A stretch of 64,000 nt of DNA from Selaginella moellendorffii (Eukaryota; Plantae; Lycopodiophyta). Location of the stretch: contig NW_003314297.1 of NCBI RefSeq assembly GCF_000143415.4, forward strand, positions 1,685,880 to 1,749,879, in the 5' to 3' direction. The translations under genes were made by a program, and so were the position numbers. Below, piece after piece: positions 12,301 through 22,444 of the stretch; position 1 is the first letter of the stretch; every line of letters starts with the position of its first letter. The notes beneath the pieces are model-generated. The model saw only the letters and a list, made by a program, of their open reading frames with translations, was not told the origin of the DNA and searched no databases.

Positions 12301-12460
12301 CAGGCGTCCACCGCCTTCGTCAGCTGGAGCTACAGCTAGTGTTCCCAAGCCGTCAGTGCCCGCAGCTTACGAATACGCGAGTGTAGGAAGGAGACCGTCG
12401 TGGCTTCCAAGGGCGTCTCTCCTCAGGCTGCAAGCTGTAGAGCGCCCGGCCTTTCGGTGA
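9376..12460 (+). CDS. CTPS: CTP synthase, multi-exon, with long basic C-terminal tail
   Basis: [79 protein letters not shown] (catalytic Cys), RHRHRYE and QFHPE (His/Glu of the triad). Confidence 0.95.
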
Positions 12461-13735
12461 TATAAAAGAAAAAGGAGGAGGGAGGGAGGGAGGGGACATG
12501 TTATCTCCGAGCGGTGGCAGAGGTCAGAGCAAGCTGAGGTGCCGTGCCTGACGCCGACTCCCTTGTTTCCCGCAAATACCCTGCTTGTCTAACGCCAGGA
12601 TCGGCCATCGGCTCAGAGATTGGGATTTGAGCGAGTGTGAATGCCATGCCATGAAACGTCAGATTCCTTGAAAGGCCTCCAGGAGCCGTGTCAGGAACGG
12701 TGCACGTGTGCTCTCTCACTCTGCTTGCCAAAGGGCATGTGAACAAGTGGTTTGCTCTTTGCTTAAATGTGCCCCAACCTCCAAGCAAACACAATGCAAA
12801 TCCAAGCCTTTGGCTTGACTCGCGGGTCTCTAGTCGGTGGTTTGTTTATATTATCTGCAGCATAGCACACTCTGGCTCTCGCCCCACTACTTGGTTCGAC
12901 TTTAGTAGTTGAGGGCACGAGCACCAGTTGGACTCGAGCGCATTGCCAGCCAATGGCCGTGCCAGCACACGCAAATCCGGAGCAAGAGAAACAAGGGCGA
13001 GGAGGTACGGCCAGCATCGTTCCGTAGGTGTTACGAGCGGACAAGCCTATAAGCTGGACGACGGGGCTGAGTGGACGTTTTGTTCCGAGATTAAAAGGCA
13101 TCTGTCAAGCTGCAAGCAGCTGCTTGACAGTCGAGTGTCTTTTCCTTTTTCTTTTGTATCGGATTTTCTACGACACTTCTCTACCAAAGTCTTTCTTGGG
13201 ATTGACGTCGCCCCCGTACACGATGCGATGGTGTGTGCCTTATATGTTAGATTGCATTCAATCCTGCGCCCTGTCCACCCGTCCGTCGCATCCTGCATGG
13301 CCCGGCCCATGTATACATTTTTCCATTCCATCGTATAGGCTCCAAAACACCATATGACATGTCAAGAGTGAGGACGAGTAAAGCCCACCCCCACCGCCTC
13401 CGGAAGAATCAAGCAGCTACCAGTGCTGCACAAGCAAACATGACATCCTGGCCTGCAGTCCCTGCAGCAGGGTAATATACAGCTCGGTTGGTATATTGTG
13501 TATATACAGCGCGCGCATGAACATGTATAAGGACCTCCCTCTCTACTTATTGGCTTGTGAGTCCTGAGCAGGCAGCAGCAGTCTGTTCTTGAGATCTTCT
13601 CCGTCTGCGCTCAAGCCCCTCCCCACACAGCCTTTTGGCATTCATCTGCTTCTCAGCTTCAACTGTCTTGTAGCTGCCGGTCTTTAAGTTCCCTCAGTGA
13701 ATTACTGTGAAGTATCTAAGCTGCGACTGAGAAGG

Positions 13736-14233
13736 ATGGTTAATGCCGCTTCAACAGCCCTTGCTCTTGGATGTTGCTGTTGCCTCTTGGCGGCCGCATG
13801 TCTTTTATGTTCCGCGGATGCCTCCCGGGCAACAGCGGGTAAGGTTTGCAGAATTTGCTATCTGATTATGACGGCAATGGTCCTCTAACACAGAGCCGCA
13901 TTCTCTACGGCCTCCTGTAGGAGCAAGGAAACAAGCCTCGCGGCGAATGTTGACAGGTAAGGTCTAGATTGCTGGCATGCTGATCGTGACTCGTGTCCAG
14001 AAGGAGCGAGAGGCCAAGCAAGAAGAGTTTTAAAAGCGCTCGACTTCGAACAAGCGCCTCCTCCTGCGCAGGGGCCACTGGGATACTCGTCCTCTTTCAC
14101 TAGCAAAAGCCACATTCCAAGCGACTCGGACGAGCTGATGAGTATGGACTACACTCCCGTTCACAGAAAACCGCCAATCAATAACAGAATCCCCTACTTA
14201 CCCGTCCACTACAGCCCTGGCAGAGGCCAATGA
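13736..14233 (+). CDS. RGF: RGF/GOLVEN/CLEL-family secreted sulfated peptide precursor, 3 exons
   Basis: Exons 13736-13838, 13894-13956 and 14001-14233 (phase-1 GT-AG introns) splice in frame. There is an N-terminal signal peptide and the 13-mer DYTPVHRKPPINN at 14147-14185. Confidence 0.85.
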
Positions 14234-14599
14234 GCGATGCCCCTGTAAAGGCGGTCGGGCGAGTAAATTTGTTTTCTTGGTCACCATAGCCTCAACAGCC
14301 TATTGATGGTGGTGCCTATTGTGCATGCCAACGCAGGGGGTAGTGGACGTGTGTTTTGTGAATTGAGCGAGTGCTAGTGAAGTCGATGATTCATGTAGAT
14401 ATATGCTGCCCAGGTAGCTTTTCGTGTGGCCCGGCGTTTACACTGCGATGCCTAGCGCAGCTGACGTCGTTCATGGCACACTTCTACGACACGGGATGAA
14501 ATAACCACCACGTTGTGCGTTCCATCGTAGTGTCCAGCTTAACAACTAGGTGACAATACCGGTTCTTCTTTATACACACAAGATTAAAAATCCATGAAA

Positions 14600-15348
14600 T
14601 CAAGGAGGAATCCAGTCCAGGTGACCACACCCATTAGCAATGAGCCGCCTGCTTCTTCTTCTGCTTCTGCCTCTTCTTCTTCGTCTCGTTGTTGCTGCTT
14701 TCATCTTGTGGTGAGGATGATGCAGCGGCGTGTGTTGATCTCTTCCTACTAGTGTGATCGGGATTTGGCACCACACCAGTATCAGCAGCGTCACAAGGTT
14801 GACAAGGCAACTCAAGTCGCGTGACAGGAATTCCAACGGCAGGGAACCTGAAGCCACGAAGCGCACAGTCACGAGCCAAGCAGAACGATAAACCTTACCC
14901 TTGACGAGCACGGCAGGCTCTGCCACGCCACTCTTGGCGGCCTTGTTCAACCTCGACACCTCCTGCCGAAGCACCACATTCTCCGTAGAAACAAAGCGCA
15001 CCGACTGCTCCAATTGGGTGCAGCGGCCCTCCAAAAGGCGGCACTTTGCCTCGAGACCTGTCACGTACCACTTTTTTCTCTGCCGGGACTGCCAGGCCGA
15101 CTGCCGGTTGCGTTGGAGCCTGTAGGGAGGGCGTCCAAAGTGTGAGCAGTGTGTGTGTGTGTGTGTGCTTACCTCGACTGCCGCTTCACCTCTTCCTCGT
15201 CGTGCTGCCGCTGCTGCTGCTGCTGCTGCTGCTGCTCGTCATCCGGATCCGAGCAGCTCAACAGCACCTCGTCCACAAACCTCCCCCATGAATCATCGTC
15301 CACGCCCACAAACAGATCCGAGAGCTCCACATCCGAGAGGACCGTCAT
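14600..15348 (-). CDS. bZIP60: bZIP60-type ER-stress transcription factor (unspliced, TM-anchored form)
   Basis: Exons 15348-15173, 15119-14899 and 14847-14600. Basic region RLQRNRQSAWQSRQRKK plus leucine zipper, then AEPAVLVKGSLPLE (cf. bZIP60 QESAVLLLESLLLG) and a hydrophobic TM segment. Confidence 0.9.
14829..14922 (-). promoter_or_regulatory. IRE1 unconventional-splicing twin stem-loop (23-nt intron in mRNA)
   Basis: Spliced mRNA reads GAGC-CUGCCGU-GCUC ... UUCC-CUGCCGUU-GGAA. The cuts after CUG are 23 nt apart and shift into the frame ending at stop 14634. Confidence 0.85.
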
Positions 15349-15392
15349 GGCGCCGCACCCTGGCCCCAAACCCTAGCTTCGCCCTTGAATGA
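15349..15392. promoter_or_regulatory. 44-bp divergent spacer with telo-box
   Basis: AAACCCTAG at 15368-15376, between the bZIP60 and PPR start codons. Confidence 0.45.
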
Positions 15393-17039
15393 ATGAAGAA
15401 GCTTCCAGGCAACCTGTTGATCGAGGCGGCGTCGAGGCGGGGCAGCGTGGCTGATGCGCAGCGCGCCTTTGACACCATTCCCGCCCCCAACCTCTACTCG
15501 TGGAACCTGCTGCTGGCCGCATATGCCCAGAATGGGCACCTGTGGCAGGCGCGCCGCGTCTTGGCCTGCATGCCCGCACCCAACGTCGTCTCGTGGAATG
15601 TGCTGCTGTCCGCCTGCTCCCGCCGCGGCCGCCCAGATGAGGCGCGGCAGCTCTTCCACTGGATGCCGCAGCACGACACGGTGAGCTGGAACACGGTGGA
15701 GCATATGTTCGCGGCCAGTGGCCACTGCCGCGACGCGCGGCAGACGTTCGACGCCATGCCCCAGCGCAGCGTCCTGTCGTGGAACACCCTCGTCTCCGCC
15801 TACGCCTTCCAGCGCCAGCTGCGGGACGCCCGCCTTGTCCTCGACCTCATGCCCGCTCGCAACTCAATCTCCGTCAACACTATGATCAAGGGCTACGCGT
15901 CTGCCGGCGCACTGCACGCCGCGGCGCTGCTCTTCTCTGCCATGCCCAATCGCGACCTTGTGTCGTGGAACTCGATGCTCACCGCCGCCAGCTGCTGGCA
16001 GCAGCACCAGCGGCTGTGGCATCGGATGCCGCGGTGGGACGTGGTGTCGTGCAACGCGCGGATCCAGGCGTGCTTGGGCAGCAGCCTTCACGCGGACGAG
16101 GGGGCGGCCACCTTCTGGGCCATGCCTGGCAGGGACGTGGTGAGCTGGAACACGGCGGCGGCGGGCTACGCGCGGCTGGGCCGCCCCCGCCACGCCCGCC
16201 GACTGCTGGAGCTGATGCCGCAGCGGGACCTTGTGTCCGCCAACTGCTGGCTGCATTACTGCTGCCACACACCCGGCGCCACCAAGCTCGGCTTCGATGC
16301 CATGCCCCAGCGCGACAGCGCGTCGTGGAACTCGATGCTCGCCAGCTGCGAGCTGCCGGTCGCCGACGAGCTCTTCTGGCGGCGGATGCCTGCTTGGGAC
16401 GTGATCTCGTGCACGCTCATGGTGGCGGCCTATGGCAGGAGCCTGGGTGGCATGGACGCCGCGGGCCGCGCGTTTGCCGCCATGCAGCACAGGGACGTTG
16501 CGGCGTGGACCGCCATCATCTCGGCGTATGCCACGCACGGGGACTGCGCCCGTGCGGTGGCGCAGTCGTGGGGCATGGCATTGGACGGGCTGGAACCCAA
16601 CTACGTCACTTACACTGTCCTTCTCCACGCGTGTGCACAGGCGGGGTTGCTGGAGCAAGGCGCTGCATGCTTGGCCGCCGCCGGTGTCACCGTTGCGGAC
16701 GAGCAGCACTACTCGTGCTGCGTCGACATGCTGGCCCGTGCTAAGCAGCTGGCTGCCGCCGAGGAGCTCATCGCCGCCATGCCCGTCCCTCCCACCGCTG
16801 TCACCTGGACGGCCATGCTGTCTGCATGTCGTGTCCAGGGCGATGTGCAGCGGGCCGACACCGCCGCAGCACAACTCCTCGACCTCGACCCCGCCAGTGC
16901 GCTGCCATACGTGCTACTCCTCAGCGTCTACACCGAGGCAGGCCGGACGGAGGAAGCAACGGCATTGAGACGGCTCATGAGCCGCAGGGGAGTGATGAAG
17001 ATGGAGCCCGGCACCACTATGATCCTCCTCGACACGTAA
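15393..17039 (+). CDS. PLS-class pentatricopeptide repeat protein with E domain (no DYW), organellar RNA-editing factor type
   Basis: 548-aa intronless ORF with many MPxxDVVSWN repeats, HYSCCVDMLARA, WTAMLSACRVQGD and YVLLLSVY. It ends just after the PG box (KMEPG). Confidence 0.9.
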   Translation: MKKLPGNLLIEAASRRGSVADAQRAFDTIPAPNLYSWNLLLAAYAQNGHLWQARRVLACMPAPNVVSWNVLLSACSRRGRPDEARQLFHWMPQHDTVSWNTVEHMFAASGHCRDARQTFDAMPQRSVLSWNTLVSAYAFQRQLRDARLVLDLMPARNSISVNTMIKGYASAGALHAAALLFSAMPNRDLVSWNSMLTAASCWQQHQRLWHRMPRWDVVSCNARIQACLGSSLHADEGAATFWAMPGRDVVSWNTAAAGYARLGRPRHARRLLELMPQRDLVSANCWLHYCCHTPGATKLGFDAMPQRDSASWNSMLASCELPVADELFWRRMPAWDVISCTLMVAAYGRSLGGMDAAGRAFAAMQHRDVAAWTAIISAYATHGDCARAVAQSWGMALDGLEPNYVTYTVLLHACAQAGLLEQGAACLAAAGVTVADEQHYSCCVDMLARAKQLAAAEELIAAMPVPPTAVTWTAMLSACRVQGDVQRADTAAAQLLDLDPASALPYVLLLSVYTEAGRTEEATALRRLMSRRGVMKMEPGTTMILLDT

Positions 17040-17121
17040 GTAACGACTACCCTCCGAAACAGGCGCGGTTTATTGTTTGCGGCCCATAACTGACTCCAGT
17101 ACTAGGGACAAGGTCGTCGGC

Positions 17122-19445
17122 ATGGCCAGCTCTGTGCAAGGTCAAGTCCTGGGGTGAGTCACGACACTTTATATGCACATGCATACGTCTCGTATTGCAG
17201 GCAACCTTGCTGCTCCCCCAGTCTTATCACTCACGTTCGAGCAGCAGTTCTCTCCCACTTGGGTGTTGATCCCGTGGACGCGCTCGCCAAGGTACTAGTA
17301 GCGCTCCGCCTCTCTAACTATACACGTGACGCCTCACGCCTGCTCAGGGAACCCTCCAGCAAAACTCCGTGGAGCTGCACGTTCACCACCACCACCACGT
17401 CTACGTGGACCAAAACCCCCGAATGCACGACGCGTCCCGGAAGGAGTACGAAGAGCTTGCCAACACCACTCTCCTGGATATGCTATGGGCTAAAAACAAG
17501 CCATGCTACGGCAAAGTTAACATCACGTCTCCCACGCTTGAGCAACAGACTCCTGCAGAAGGAGCTCAAGCCAATAACAAGGGCACTGCAACTAAACAAG
17601 TGCGGCCTCACAAGCTGAAGAGGCTCTTCCCTGGGAACAAGTCATCGCAGGGAGTAGACAAGGCTAACTTATGCGCAACCACCAAGTCTAAAGTCCGCTG
17701 CCTCGAAGCAGCAGCGCAGGAGAGAATTAAGAAGCTCTCTGACCTTGGAACACTGATTGCAAGGGGATTTCAGACAGACACCAAAGAAACCTTTTGCCAA
17801 ACGCAACCAAATGCTCCTCATACTTCACAACAGCACAAGAAACATACACTCAATGAACGTTTCCAGGCTGCCGAGGCAAGCTTTGTAGCTGCTCTCAACG
17901 TACTGACCAACTAACCAGTGCTCGACCCTCAGGCGGCTAGAGACAGGCTACGTGAACTCGTGAAGGCATGCGTAAGACAATATCCGCGAAAGTTTGTGCC
18001 AGAGGAGATTCTCAGGAAGCAGAAAGAGTTGCAAGCACTGGAACGAATTCAGAACCTTTTTAATAACCAGAATGACAACTCTACAGGGATTTCTCTAATG
18101 TCCACCTCTGTGGCAAGTCTACAAGAGAAATCCCCTTCGCATGGCTCGTTTGATGTAAGTGGTTGCACTGTTGATGAAATTGGTGCGCATGCAGATCCTA
18201 ACCACGAACTGTCGAAAAATCGTGCTGAGCCGTCACGCTCCGGGAGGAAGCCCATTCCTTCCGAAGAGGCGCCTGTGTGGCTGTCGGAACAAGGATGGTG
18301 TGATGTTTATGCTTCGCCTGCCGTGTTGGCTAATGGCATATCAAGTCCACTGGAGTACTTGACGCTGTTTCAAATGCACCAGTCGAGAACCGCTTGTAAT
18401 CCATGGCTTAAGTTGCTGGAGACTGAGCTTGCCAAGCTTGTATCAGCGCTGGGCTTTCAGCAAATTGAAGATGGCCTTGAGAATCTAGACAAGAAGCTGG
18501 GTAACGTGGAACAGGCGGCAGAAACTCTTAGAGAGAAAGAAGTTAAGCGTTCAGAACAACAACCACAGCGGTCACTCTCCGACAGTATTACTTCTTGCTG
18601 CGCAGTGAAAAACACACAGGTACCGACTGGCGTCAGTTTCTAGATTTCGTAATGACGATGTTTAATACACGCAGCTTGAACACATTCTTTCATTTCTAAT
18701 CTCAACGTCAGAGAAGTTCCAATCGTTTGTAAAGGTCACAAAAGAAGCACTGTTAGATGAGGACCGGAAAAACACTCTTTTCAAACAATGCGCTGGAGAC
18801 AAGCGATTACATCTGGAAGTACTAGACTCTGGATTTGAGCTCAATTCTGAACTCCTTGACATCCTCAATCGAATGGAGAGTGCACTAACACATTTTGCGA
18901 GGTTTAGCACCGAGTTACTGCCTTTTCTCAGTGAGCATCTATCTGTGACGAAAAAGCTTGTAAGTGTTTCTTTTGTTATTATGGCTGTTGACGTGAATGA
19001 GCTATTGCTAGCGGGATGCCACATCCACCTCAGCAATAAGAAAGGTACAACATCGGGCATCGTGGCCAGAGAATGAGATGCAAAAGACGGTCTCTCTCTC
19101 TCCCTCTCCCTCTCTGTGTGTTGCCTGCGTGATTTACCATATTTTTCTGTGCAGTCGTCTGCTATAGATGGTGCATTCGAGAATTTCATGTTGATCAAGG
19201 ATATAGAAAAAACCAAGAAGCATTCTGAAGAGATGGTACAGATAATGGGCTCCTTAGAGCACCAATACAACATTCTGAAAACGAAGTTTGAGCAATTGTC
19301 TACATTTGACGAAGGACATTCTCGGGAATCTCGTGAAAACGTGCCTAACAATCAGCAAATGGAGTCCTTAAGCAACCAAAAGCTGGAGAATGGAATCCGA
19401 AATGTGTCCTCTGCGATTCCAGAAGCAGGAAATTTTTTCACTTGA
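17122..19445 (+). CDS. Uncharacterised coiled-coil-rich protein, ~7 exons
   Basis: In-frame exon chain 17122-17153, 17201-17291, 17348-~17875, 17933-18619, 18675-18960, ~19011-19043 and ~19155-19445. Contains an HVHHHHHVY tract. No family recognised. Confidence 0.7.
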
Positions 19446-19492
19446 TTGGACGCTAACGAACAGTGAAACAACTATAGGGACGTCTATTAAAC

Positions 19493-20305
19493 TCAGTTGA
19501 GCCTCTTGCAGTACTTTTCAATGATAATGTAATTTTTTAGAACGAGGTTGCACCTAACCCTGAAGTTAAACGGAGGAGATTTTAGCGTCCCAATTGTTGA
19601 CATAGTGCCTTTCATAACAAGGTCTGCACCAAAAAAGGTCCGTTTTCCGGAACTGCTTAACATGGTGTAGTACACGTTGAGTGGAATGGGTAGCAGTTTC
19701 TGCGAGACAAACAGCTTGAACGACTGAGAGCTGCTTCTGGGTTGTGTAAAGGGCATGCTTTTTGTGGCTCCAAACCTGAAGCCATTGTAGAAGACAGTGA
19801 GTTCAATGCTCTCTACGAACATGTCCACTTTCTTGTTGGAATTGGTAAAGAGAATTGTGTACGAGGCATTAAAGGTGAAATAAGCAGCAAAATAGTTTCC
19901 GGAGCCTGAACTTGTTTGTTCCGCAATCTGTGCAGGGGTGAGAGCGGTAATGGCAAGGGAAACAAATCCTGCTCCCGTGACTTCAAAATCCGGTGCTACT
20001 GGCTGGAGATGTATGTACATTGCGAGCATGATCAGGCACAGAATAAAAATTACGCAAGAGAAGGCTACCAGACCACCAAAGAGCTCTTCTCCAAGTGCCT
20101 TGAGCTGTTGCTCCCGCTGCAGTTCTCTCTCGGCAGCATCAAAATGACTTTTGTTAAAAATCCTGCTGAGATTTTGCGAGTTTGGGATTCCCTCGTCTTC
20201 ATCCACGACAAGACTGATCCTGGTAAACTTGCCTCCAGCTTGGGCCACTTTCCCAGCTTCTTCATCACCTTCAGCATCACCGCCAAAGCGTACTCCTCGT
20301 GGCAT
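19493..20305 (-). CDS. LEA_2 / NDR1-HIN1-like membrane protein
   Basis: Single TM helix then PVAPDFEV...NSNKKVDMFVESIELTVFYNG...PFTQPR...VRC...YC, the NHL/LEA_2 pattern. Confidence 0.8.
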   Translation of the reverse strand: MPRGVRFGGDAEGDEEAGKVAQAGGKFTRISLVVDEDEGIPNSQNLSRIFNKSHFDAAERELQREQQLKALGEELFGGLVAFSCVIFILCLIMLAMYIHLQPVAPDFEVTGAGFVSLAITALTPAQIAEQTSSGSGNYFAAYFTFNASYTILFTNSNKKVDMFVESIELTVFYNGFRFGATKSMPFTQPRSSSQSFKLFVSQKLLPIPLNVYYTMLSSSGKRTFFGADLVMKGTMSTIGTLKSPPFNFRVRCNLVLKNYIIIEKYCKRLN

Positions 20306-20439
20306 TTCATGTCCACGCACAGACACACACTCGCGGATACCGCATCCTTCCTTGGATCACAAGCGGTTACGTTTGAAATTTAACGCGCGCAGAAGCTGCC
20401 GTGGATATCATCCAACGGTTAATTTTGAAACGTGCATAG

Positions 20440-21130
20440 CCTGTGAGGAATAACAAAGTCTCCTACCACAGTCACCTGACACTTGACCATCAGAAAGAAG
20501 TTAGGTGACTTTATGCAACCCACATTCGGGCCTTTACAGTCAGCATGAGAACATAAGTTGCTTTGCCTAGCTTCATGTCGTTGACAATCGTATAGTACAC
20601 GTCTAGGGGAAGTGGCAGATTGTTTTCACGAATTCGTACAATATAAGTCTTGAGCCACGCCTGGCCTGCACGAAGGGGCTGTTCTCGCGGTTCCCAGTTT
20701 GAATCCATTGTAGTAGGGCAGTACTCGTTGAATTGTTGAATGTATCCACTTTCCTGTTGTTGTTGCTGTTGTCATATTGCACCTCGTATGTAGTCCCAAA
20801 CTGGAAATACGCAGCGTAGTAGTTACCTTCGCCTGCAGCCTGCTGCCACGCTATCTGTGCTGGAGTAACAGGCGTCATCGTTAAGTAGTCAGAGCGTGCG
20901 GCCGTCACTTCGAAAGTAGGACTTTTCGGCCAAAGGTGCAAGTACGCCACAAAAAATCAAAGACAGGCACCCCACATTAGGACCTTTCTCCGCCTGTAGT
21001 CTCTAGTGATCTCTCTAGTCTTTGATGTCAAATAAGATTCATCAAAAATCTTGGCTATAACTAAAGCCGACGGGTGAAAGTCCTCCACGTCCGGAACATT
21101 CTCACCGGTCGTTATAAATTTTAACTGCCT
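20440..21130 (-). pseudogene. Decayed LEA_2/NHL paralog
   Basis: Shares MTPVTPAQIAWQQAAGEGNYYAAYF, NNRKVD and PLPLDVYYTI with its neighbours. In-frame TGA at 20957-20959, truncated TM and frameshifts near 20700. Confidence 0.75.
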
Positions 21131-21523
21131 GATCTGGGCGTGTATTTGACGGAAGCTGCTGAAGAGAAGCTGCTGACCTTTCAGAGGAAAGCCGATGGAA
21201 ACCTGGAGCTCCTGGAAGGGTTGGAAGAACTTTGATGTCGCTGAAACGGTGGCATGGTGAGGCCCCTGGGAAGGACTCATGAAATTTGGAAGAGGAGGAC
21301 ATGTCAAGAGGCGAAACAATGCGTTCCACGAGGGCTGCTCGTGCTGATGCACTTTCATTAGGGCCTCTGGCTCAATTCCAGCTACCACATGTGTTTGAGA
21401 GAAGTCTTTCTGCTTTAAACCACTTGCCTACTTAACCGCCTGTTTGAGAAATCTACTGTGGCCACGTCGTCATGTAGGGGTGGACGCAGAGCGGCACAAA
21501 GACTGTCAGACTTGGAGATCAAG

Positions 21524-22444
21524 ATGGCCGGGGACACAGACGATATGCTGTCACGAAGCAACGAGTTTGATAATCATGGGGTCGCATTTGAGGAGGCATG
21601 GCTCCTTGAGCAGTGGCAATGGCATTTACCGATGCTGGATTTCATGTTGAATCCGGCACTGTCGCTCTTTACATTGATGGCAGCAATCAGTGCTGTTGCT
21701 GAGAGAGTGAGGAGTTTGGTTCCGAGGAACCGGGAACTAAACAGGACAGATATCAGCAGATTCTTTGATGAAGAATATCTTGCTAGAATGGAGGCCAAAG
21801 AAGCAAGAGACAGGGTCAGATGGTCGAGAAGCAGGCACTTCGGATCGATTCTCGTAGGACTTCTCTTGTTCTTTCTTGTTTTGGGTCTAGTAATGATGGG
21901 CATTTACTGCTACCTCAAGCCCAGCTTCCCTCGTCTAGACGTTGTTACCGCCAAATTTTCGTATATTAACATGAATGATGTAGACGCTTCCGAGATTATA
22001 GCACAGCAGGCTGAAGGTAAAGGCATGTACTTTGCGGCAGTATATAACTATAGCATCATCTACACTCTCTATTTGTCCAATCCCAACAAGAGAGTGGATC
22101 TTTATATTCAATCGCTTGAGATTAAGCCATTCTACTTTGGATTTCTACTTGGGGCTGGAAATTCGCCACCTTTTGTGCAGCTCAGAAGTAGCAGCAGGCT
22201 TGTGTTTATTACTGTCACAGACGATGGATTGCAGGTGCCGCTGACATCTAATTATAGCATTAAGAGGGATATACTTCGCAAAGCACTCACATTCATGATT
22301 GAGATGGAGCTCAAGGCAAAAATGAGCACCGTCTTTGGCTTGACATCTCCGTCGTTCTGGTGCAGTGCCAAATGTGACATTCAAGTTGATCAAAATGGCA
22401 TGGTTGCTAATAAAATTTGCTCCAACAAGAACACGGTAAGGTAG
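21524..22444 (+). CDS. LEA_2 / NDR1-HIN1-like membrane protein
   Basis: TM helix then KPSFPRLDV, NPNKRVDLYIQSLEI, PPFVQLRSSSR and the C-terminal Cys pair. The start may instead be the ATG at 21677. Confidence 0.8.
   Translation: MAGDTDDMLSRSNEFDNHGVAFEEAWLLEQWQWHLPMLDFMLNPALSLFTLMAAISAVAERVRSLVPRNRELNRTDISRFFDEEYLARMEAKEARDRVRWSRSRHFGSILVGLLLFFLVLGLVMMGIYCYLKPSFPRLDVVTAKFSYINMNDVDASEIIAQQAEGKGMYFAAVYNYSIIYTLYLSNPNKRVDLYIQSLEIKPFYFGFLLGAGNSPPFVQLRSSSRLVFITVTDDGLQVPLTSNYSIKRDILRKALTFMIEMELKAKMSTVFGLTSPSFWCSAKCDIQVDQNGMVANKICSNKNTVR

Noticed and set aside
15779-16968. Several long alternative-frame and antisense ORFs
   Set aside because: Shadows of the GC-rich PPR gene.
18662-19351. 229-aa minus-strand ORF
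   Set aside because: Antisense to well-supported plus-strand exons.
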